This document shows, in pieces, positions 56,406 to 64,000 of a DNA stretch of 64,000 nt (positions are counted from its first letter, which is position 1; each line of letters starts with the position of its first letter). Below the pieces are notes generated by a model. It did not search any database and had not been told where the DNA came from. It worked only from the letters and a program-made list of their open reading frames with translations. A program made the translations under genes and the position numbers. The stretch is from Vermamoeba vermiformis (taxonomy: Eukaryota). The stretch is taken from positions 1 to 64,000 of the forward strand of contig JBEWZL010000146.1 of assembly GCA_045837725.1 (NCBI GenBank), in the 5' to 3' direction.

Positions 56406-59400
56406 ATGGCGGAAAGTGCTGGGTCGTTAATATCTGAGATCCGACTGTTCAAGACAGATGATAGATTTGTGTTGCAGCCAGCAAAAGATAATGCTCCTTG
56501 CGTAGTAATAGAGCGCAAGTCACGTAGATATGCTATACAATCAGGTAAAGCAATTAAAGAACAAGAGTATCTGATAATGAATCAATTAATTCGTGTAGAT
56601 GGCACGCGCAAATTGAAAATTAAATTTAATTAAATCGATTATACTGTATAAATAATACCTGCTAAATATGGGCTATTATTGCCGTTTGCTAATAATTTAA
56701 GCAGTTGATACATCGAAGCTGGGCGAATCCGAACTTATTTTTGGCGTTATCGGTGTGCTGAAGCTGTTATCAGGTAACTATAGCACTACATTATAACTAA
56801 CTCAACTCGAAATACAGTATAGTTATTTCTGAAATTCAGTCAATACCGAAGATATTTACGGCGCGCGATCTGCTGTACTAATTTTCTCCATTTCAGGACC
56901 CTATTTATTAGTTATTAAAGAAAAATCGTTGGTCGGTATGATCGACGGTCACTGTATATATAAATTGATTAGACCTGGCCTCTATCCATTCGAAAACTCG
57001 CAATCAGATCTCTCTGAAACACAGGTGAGCTGCCCGATAATACTATTTTATTCTTATTTAGCATATAGATGGATGTAGTAACGATATTTCTATTTTAGAA
57101 AAAGCAAGAACATACCTACGTTAACTTAGTGGACACGCTGCTCAAATCCAAGGACTTTTATTTCTCTTATTCATTTGATATCACCAATTCGTTAAATAGA
57201 CAACACGCCAAACGAAATGACACGTCGCCATTATATTTAAAGGTAATTATAATTACCTCATAAGATCTTCAATGGATTTGAAAATTAAAGCTAGCGCAAT
57301 TCGATTTCGAGCTATTAGTGGCCACTATTCTCAAGCCTCATATTATTAGGTCGACAAAAGGTTCTTTTGGAACGAGAAGCTCATGGAGGAGTTCATTAAA
57401 TTGAACTTGTCCGAGTGGATCTTACCAATAATGCGTGGTATTATTCAAGTATTTATGGTGATCATGCAACAGCGCACCTTCGATTATATATTGATCTCGC
57501 GACGATCTAAATTCAGAGCTGGCACGCGTTACGAGACCAGAGGTGTGGACAGCAATGGAAATGTTGCTAATTATATTGAGACTGAACAGGTACGGCTATA
57601 AAATAGTAAATAATGGGCACTATACTAATATCTAGTATAATTAGCTACTGCATATTGATGGACACAAACTGTCTTACATCCAAACACGAGGCTCGATCCC
57701 GTTAGTTTGGGAACAGTCAGGCAGAAAATACACTCCTATTCCTAAAATTAATCCAGACAAAGAATTAAACGTAAGTATTACGCATATATGGCCAAGCATA
57801 TGAAGAAATCAGACTGCATTGGCAATGGATCCATGAGATGTTTTGATGCGCTTGAACTAACCTATTTAACCAGATCAAATTGTTCCAAGCACATTTCCGA
57901 GAACAGTATCGGCTATATCAAGGCCAAGTCGTCGTCAGTTTGTTAGATCAAAAAGGACTTGAATTAGAACTCGCTCAAGCATACGACCATCATCTGATGA
58001 ACTACACTGACGATCTGTCCAAATTAACGTAGGTCAAGTTGCAAATTGATGCAAAGGTAGCTTAATGCAACTATTACTAACTTACACTCTTAGTTTCCGA
58101 GCATTCGATTTTCACGCAGAGTGCAAGGGAAACAACTACGACAATGTCTCGTTCTTGATCCAGGGACTGCATGAAGTACTGAACAAACAAGGGTAAGTAT
58201 AGCGATCGTTGAAATAGAATACAGCACGAAAAAATACACGTGCCATACGTATACCCAATAGACACGAAGATACCAGATTAATCCCAAATGCTCTTCCTTC
58301 ATAGAGTGTTTGTTTCATGCCCTGGTTATATTCATACTATCCTCCAATCTAATTATTTTTTAGTTCCTACTTCTCCTCTTCTTACTAACGCTTCAATTCT
58401 ATGATAGATTTTTCCATTTGAAGCCTAACGGCGATGTCTCAGCCACGCAATCAAGTGTTGTGCGTACGAACTGTTTGGACTGTCTCGATAGAACTAACTT
58501 GGTCCAAGTATGCTCGAAAGCACTTTATTGATGTCAAATACTAATTAGTAATATTCTCGCAGAGCTTTTTTGGACGATTTATGCTCGCACAACAGTTGAA
58601 AGAATTCGACATTGCGTACAACCCTAAAGACTCGATTCTAGAAAAGATTTTGAAAGAAGGTAATGCGACCTTAATAATACTCGCGCATAGTACTAACCTG
58701 CATCGTAGCCTGGGCTAATAACGGAGATGCAATTAGCATGCAGTACGCGGGCACAGGAGCACTGAAGAGTGACTTCACACGTACTGGCAAAAGCACGACT
58801 AAAGGCAATCTTAAGGATGGTGTGAACTCGTTGTCACGCTATTACATCAACAACTTCAGAGATCGGCTGCGTCAGATCGGTATCGATGTATTTTTGGGCA
58901 ATTACTCGCTGAGCAATCACGAGGAAAGTGACAACGATCTGTTGGATCAGAATGGCATTTTGGTATGTTCTACGCATCATCACCGTCGTCTTCGTGTTAT
59001 CCTAACCTTGTCCAGAACGAAGATCAAATGCGTGCTATTGACGCGTGCCTGACATTCCTCGGTGAAGAGTTGGAGAAGAAAGAGGCCGAAGAAGGCAAGA
59101 CTGAGCAGATTATCAATGCTTGGATCGTCATATCAATCAACAAGATGAGCAAAGAGCAAGAAAGAGTGCTAGTGCTGACCGACAACGTAAGTGGAGGCAG
59201 ATCGACAGAACCGTTACGGGATCACTAACTTGCTGCTGCTAGGGCTTATATCGCTTCAAATATAACTTTAAAGGAAAGAAGATCATACATTTTAAGAGGA
59301 ATTACTTCAACGAGATATCTTTCATTCTGAAAGGACCGTTCAAAGGATCATCCAAGTAAGATCCGTCGGTTGACCGTAGCAGCGACTCACGTGTGACTAA

Positions 59401-59698
59401 TAACGCCTCCTATAGGAAATTCGGATTAGAAATCGCGTTGAACATCGATAAGCCCTTCTATCCTATGTACACTGCCATAGATTTCTCGCGCGAGAGCGTC
59501 AACAAGATCATCGAATCCATCAAAGACGCCCTGGACAGCTACAAAGTCCTTACAGGAGGGACTACGCAGACTATACCTATTATAGAAACAGAGCTCGCAC
59601 GGAAAAAGAACGCAACAAGTGCCATGCGACGCAGCATCGAGGAATCAGCGAATCAGGCGAGAACATCCACAGACAACAAGAAAAAACTAACTCAATAG
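56406..59698 (+). CDS. SAC-domain phosphoinositide phosphatase with hSac2-like C-terminal domain (INPP5F/SAC2-like)
   Basis: [84 protein letters not shown]. Confidence 0.92.
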
Positions 59699-59978
59699 CC
59701 CTGCGATCAATTGTACAATAAAACCCAGCTTGACGAATGTTGACGCTTTGGCAAAGCCCGATTTATTGGCAAGCTTTATTTAGCCGCAATGCTGATGATT
59801 TCGAATAGTCCACAAAATCTTGGCTAGATAAAAATTATTCGTGTACTAATCGTGATTGCCTAATACTGCGAGCTTACATTTGAAATCTTTATGGGTTTTA
59901 TATAAGTTTGATTTCTCGGCTCTTAGCAGATGCGTTCGGCCTGAGAAACTTTTGCTGAAATTACAGAAATAACTTAAG

Positions 59979-60736
59979 TTATTGCTTGTCACCAGAACCA
60001 TAATCGGCACCAGAGGCGAGCTTAACCTTCTTGATCATATCAGCCTCATCGAGTTCGTCGGTAGTGTTGGCGAAAACCTCGATGGCGAAATCCTGAAGTA
60101 GAGACAGAAGTGAGAAATAGGCCAATATCATTAACCATAAATAAGTCTACACGTGCAATTGTTCGATTGCCTATGAAATCATTTAGAGTGGAGAAATTAC
60201 TTACCTTGACGACTTGCTTTACAAAAGCCTTGTCAGTGGAGACACGAGCCTTCTTCAATGGAGGAACGCGCTCACCGACCCAAGTGAGGAAGATGAACTT
60301 CTCTCTCTTGGCCTCATCGTCACCCCAAGTAACCTTGAAGTAACCGTAGATGCGCTCATCTTCCTTCAAGTGCTCGAGCAAGCCACTCAAACCACCAGAA
60401 CCCTTGCCGAGAAGAGCCAAGTTGTTGTTATCGGCGTAGTTGAAGAGAATCCTATTAAATGAACGTGTCAGTGATTTTGTAAGCCAGTTTGACTTGACTC
60501 CGTGCCAATCTCCCACAACGGCTAGCAAAGATATTTCAATAAATATCTACTGCGCCGATCTTGGATACATATTTAACGTGTAATCCATATCAACAAAAAT
60601 TGCGGAGAATACTAGCAGAGCAAGTCCGTTTCAGATCTGCATACCAGTCATCAGACGAGCCCTTTTGGCGAACCTCTTGGTAAGCGCTGCTGATTTCGTC
60701 AGCGAGGCGGAGAGAAGTACCAGTTCTGTTAGTCAT
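59979..60736 (-). CDS. Coactosin-like ADF-H actin-binding protein
   Basis: AYQEVR..W|ILFNY, DERIYGYFKV..KREKFIFLTWVG..LKKARVSTDKAFVKQVVK|DFAIE..SGADY. Confidence 0.92.
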
Positions 60737-61105
60737 AGCGAGATGTGTTGGGGTGTAATTGAGATTTTTTGGATAAATGAGGCGAAGAAAATCTCTCGTT
60801 TTTATGACACAAAATTTTTCCAACGAGCACGGGATTGGTCAATTTCAATTTTGACAGAAACTTGGCAGTTTATCTCATATTATACGCCTTGTACAACATC
60901 TCGTCTGCCGCCAGCGTAATTGACAAATGCACCACTTTTACCACGCGGCAAGAATGGCCATCCGGTCGTTTGTTGTAAAGCAGTAATGCCTGAAAGATAA
61001 CACGGAATCTTGTCAACGGGAGCGAATTTATTGGTTATATATCTTGATCGCAATTTTAAACTTATATAAAATTCGAAATTTACCTCGCGGGCTTATTGTT
61101 CAATA

Positions 61106-62447
61106 ATGGCGGAGACCAACACAACAACGCGCGATCACGATGCTCAAGCAGCTGTGTATAATAACGAAGAGCCGCGAGGAGCTAAGCGGAAGTTGGAAGA
61201 CAGTGAAGTTCTTGGATCAAATGCCACATCTGTCCAGAGCCCCACCAAAAAATTGAAGAGCAACGATTCTTCCGATAATAATAATAATAAGCAAGGGGGC
61301 GACGACTACATATTTTCAAATATTTCTACAGACTCGTCCTGGCAAGATCAATCGTTCAGTCTGTCACGACCTCGAAATAATCAGAACAACAGGCAAAGAT
61401 CCAATAAGAAAAAGAAAAAAATCAATAATGGTCAGAAGTGGTTTCAATACGGCAATTATCCCGATTACTACGATTATCGAACAAAAGGGCTCGATCCACG
61501 TATAAAAGCCTTGAAAAAAGAATGGTTTGAGAATAAGAAGTGCCTCGACATAGGATGCAATTCAGGCAAATTCACTATTGATGTTGGTAAGCTTGTTCGA
61601 ATGTTCTTAGCATACGGATGTGCTAATACTAATTCATAGCAATGTACTTCCGACCAAAGAGTATTCTAGGAATTGATATCGACGCAAAGCTAATAGAAGC
61701 AGCAATTAAGCACCTTGAAGAGCGAAAAGAGTTCGATTCAATTGCGCAGAGTAGTCAGGTAAGTGTACAAAGAGCGCGTGTCATATGCGCTGTTTACACT
61801 AATAATCCATGGCTGTAGGATCAGTCTTCGAGTAAAAATGATGTAAATAGCTCAGAAGGTACCGAGAAGAGTGCAAATACATATGATCGAAGAGAGATAG
61901 TGAAGTTCAGGCAAGAAAATTGTGTCGAGAATGACGTCTGGGACGAAAAGTTTGAAGTAATTTTTTGGTAAGTGTCTCGTTGATGAATGTATATAGTACT
62001 AATACTAGAACAGCATGAGTGTAGTGAAGTGGATTCATTTGAATTGGGGCGATGACGGCGTGCGACGACTGTTCAAAAAAGTGCACGAACACTTAGAGGA
62101 CGGAGGGCTGTTTGTATTGGAAGCTCAACCTTGGAGCTCTTACAAAAAGAAACAACGTGCAAGTGAGGTAAGTTGATTACTCCTACCGTGTGATATCTGT
62201 TGGATCCTTTGCGATCTAAATCTGACTCTCGTTCTGTCGCCAGGTGACAAAGCAAATGTACAAGACTATCAGGTTATATCCTGAAGATTTCAAAGGCCTA
62301 TTAGAGTCAATCGGGTTTGAGCTTGTTGAAGAAGTAGTGCCACAAGAGATAAAGAAAGGATTTGGTCGCTCGATTGCCATCTACAGAAAGAAAGCGCCGC
62401 AGTTGGCGGTTACGCAACAAACTAATGTACAGGACACCATTAAATAA
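61106..62447 (+). CDS. MEPCE: 7SK/Bin3 RNA methylphosphate capping enzyme
   Basis: FQYGNYPDYYDYR..DPR, CLDIGCNSG, ILGIDID, SVVKWIHLNWGDDG, LEAQPWSSYKK, KGFGRSI. Confidence 0.92.
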
Positions 62448-62698
62448 GGTATTGTAAGGCTGACAGGCCTCGGAAAATTACTTCCTTCAAACAGTTTTCT
62501 GATTTTACGCATTGCTGCAATTAGTAGATGTGCTATCTAAAATCAATCAAACACATTATCGTTACTATTCTCTATTATATATTTCATTCTTTGTTTTTTC
62601 TGTTCACACTGCGTCTCATTGAATTTGTGAATCGGCCACCGTATAATGCGTGACCGCGGAACGGTTATTATTATTAGCAAACAATACGAGTTACAAGC

Positions 62699-64000
62699 AT
62701 GAAGTCATTGTTTTTTATTTTAGTTACTTTGGTTAGTGTTCAACTTACTTGGGCCAGTCAAGACCTGTTGCTGGATGGTGTTCTTTCGGCCGAAGCCGTC
62801 GCCAACGACCGATGCCTTTCAGCCTCGAACCTTACCTATACTGTCAACAAATTATTAAGCCAAGAGATTGTCACTGCCCTTGCCACTTTGCAAGCGGATC
62901 CCACGCAATCCATCGCGAACATCACTGCATTCCTTAAAACGGTGTATACCGTAGCCTTATCAACCAACCCTTATTGGCTCGCCGGATATTCGACAAACGC
63001 CTACTGTAAGTTCAATCGATTTCGTAACAAGTCAAGCGAAGATTGATTGCCTCGATGCGTGAAAGCAAGCAACCAAAAAAAAAACCAAAAGCGGAACCAT
63101 AGGAACAAAAAAAAACCCGCGAAAAAGGGGATTGAAGGGATGGAGGAGGTTTTGGGAGGGGAAAAAGAGTACGCCAACAGAGGAGGTGGAAGAGAAGGAA
63201 AGAAAGTTAAACTGAAAATGGCCCAGGATAAAAAATACCCTGGGCGAGGGACCGGTAAGAACCCGGGGCTGTGAGGGGCCTGGGGGAAGAAATCCGTTCC
63301 CCCGAGGGTGAGCCCGGCTCGCGAAAGCGTTTTGATTTTTTTTTGAGTGAGTTGTTTTCTATCCATGATTACCTAACGAAATGGATGAGTCTCGCTCACT
63401 GCTATTTATGAAGATTTGACGAGCGTCAGTTGTGTAAAATTCCAGTTTCCAGTTTCTCCGCACTTGACTTGTCCGATCGCGATTTGACATCTTGGCGTTT
63501 CAGTTGGCTTTGCTAGCGACAGCGTCTATTCCTTCCGTAACTGCAGTCTGCCCGAAAACGCTTTGCTGCCGGGCTGCCAGTCAGTCCCAGCACCGGCCAT
63601 GCTTGCTTTCATCCGTAACAACGTTACTTTCGTTGACAACAGCCGACACGTGTGGTCTGTAGACAACGAAGGAAATTTGATTGAGGAGCTCTATGTTGAG
63701 AAGAGAGAATCGTTTGCTACCAGAAACCTTTGGTAAGATCCAGAAAAAAAACCGAATCCCGCCATTGTGAAATTCTTATCTTTAACGCCGATGATATTAC
63801 CACTTTCTTTATTATTGTACCGAGTTAATTCGAATGATTGGCATCATAAATTCTAAATTATAATTTCAGGTACTCTTCTCCGGGCTGGATCTCGTTCACT
63901 TCGCTCACCAGCGGCCTTCAAACATTTACCTACAGCAAGGTCATTCCTGGTATCGAAGGCGCCGTTGCCGTTAGCGACCGCAGTTTCCGCGAACCGTGTG
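62699..64000 (+). CDS. Secreted or membrane protein, partial, unknown
   Basis: Signal peptide MKSLFFILVTLVSVQLTWA; later exons (GFASDSVYSFRNC..TRNLW|YSSPGW); interrupted by a garbled stretch. Confidence 0.5.

Noticed and set aside
63001-63366. ORFs 63001-63366(-) and 63047-63274(+)
   Set aside because: Arise from the homopolymer-rich, probably low-quality segment

Overview
Gene-dense nuclear DNA from a unicellular eukaryote, probably amoebozoan-like (class I PI3K, RasGEF, coactosin, AAC4). It uses the standard code and mostly 45-300 nt GT-AG introns. I read about 32 protein-coding genes; many are housekeeping (IST1, UFSP2, VPS37, RPA43, PI3K, rhomboid, maspardin, RasGEF, SFR1, Lines, CDC16, AMPK-gamma, HAD, DNAJC3, SAC2-like, coactosin, MEPCE). 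I saw no rRNA, tRNA, CRISPR or intact transposon. Highlights: (1) a HicB-antitoxin-like gene head-to-head with an AAC4 nuclease-fold gene; (2) an intron-containing T4 Rnl1-type RNA ligase; (3) a PH-DEP-FSP1/AIFM2-NmrA fusion; (4) a tailless alpha-like tubulin lacking catalytic Glu254; (5) strong enrichment of CACGTG/TGACACGTGTCA palindromes in long exons; (6) a U12-type intron in the RasGEF; (7) tandem LRR/F-box-like paralogues sharing a near-identical 3' tract; (8) a ZnF-2xHARP-like-3CxxC protein; (9) several one-base frame breaks that may be assembly errors. Family calls come from motif recognition by eye and gene boundaries are manual splice models.
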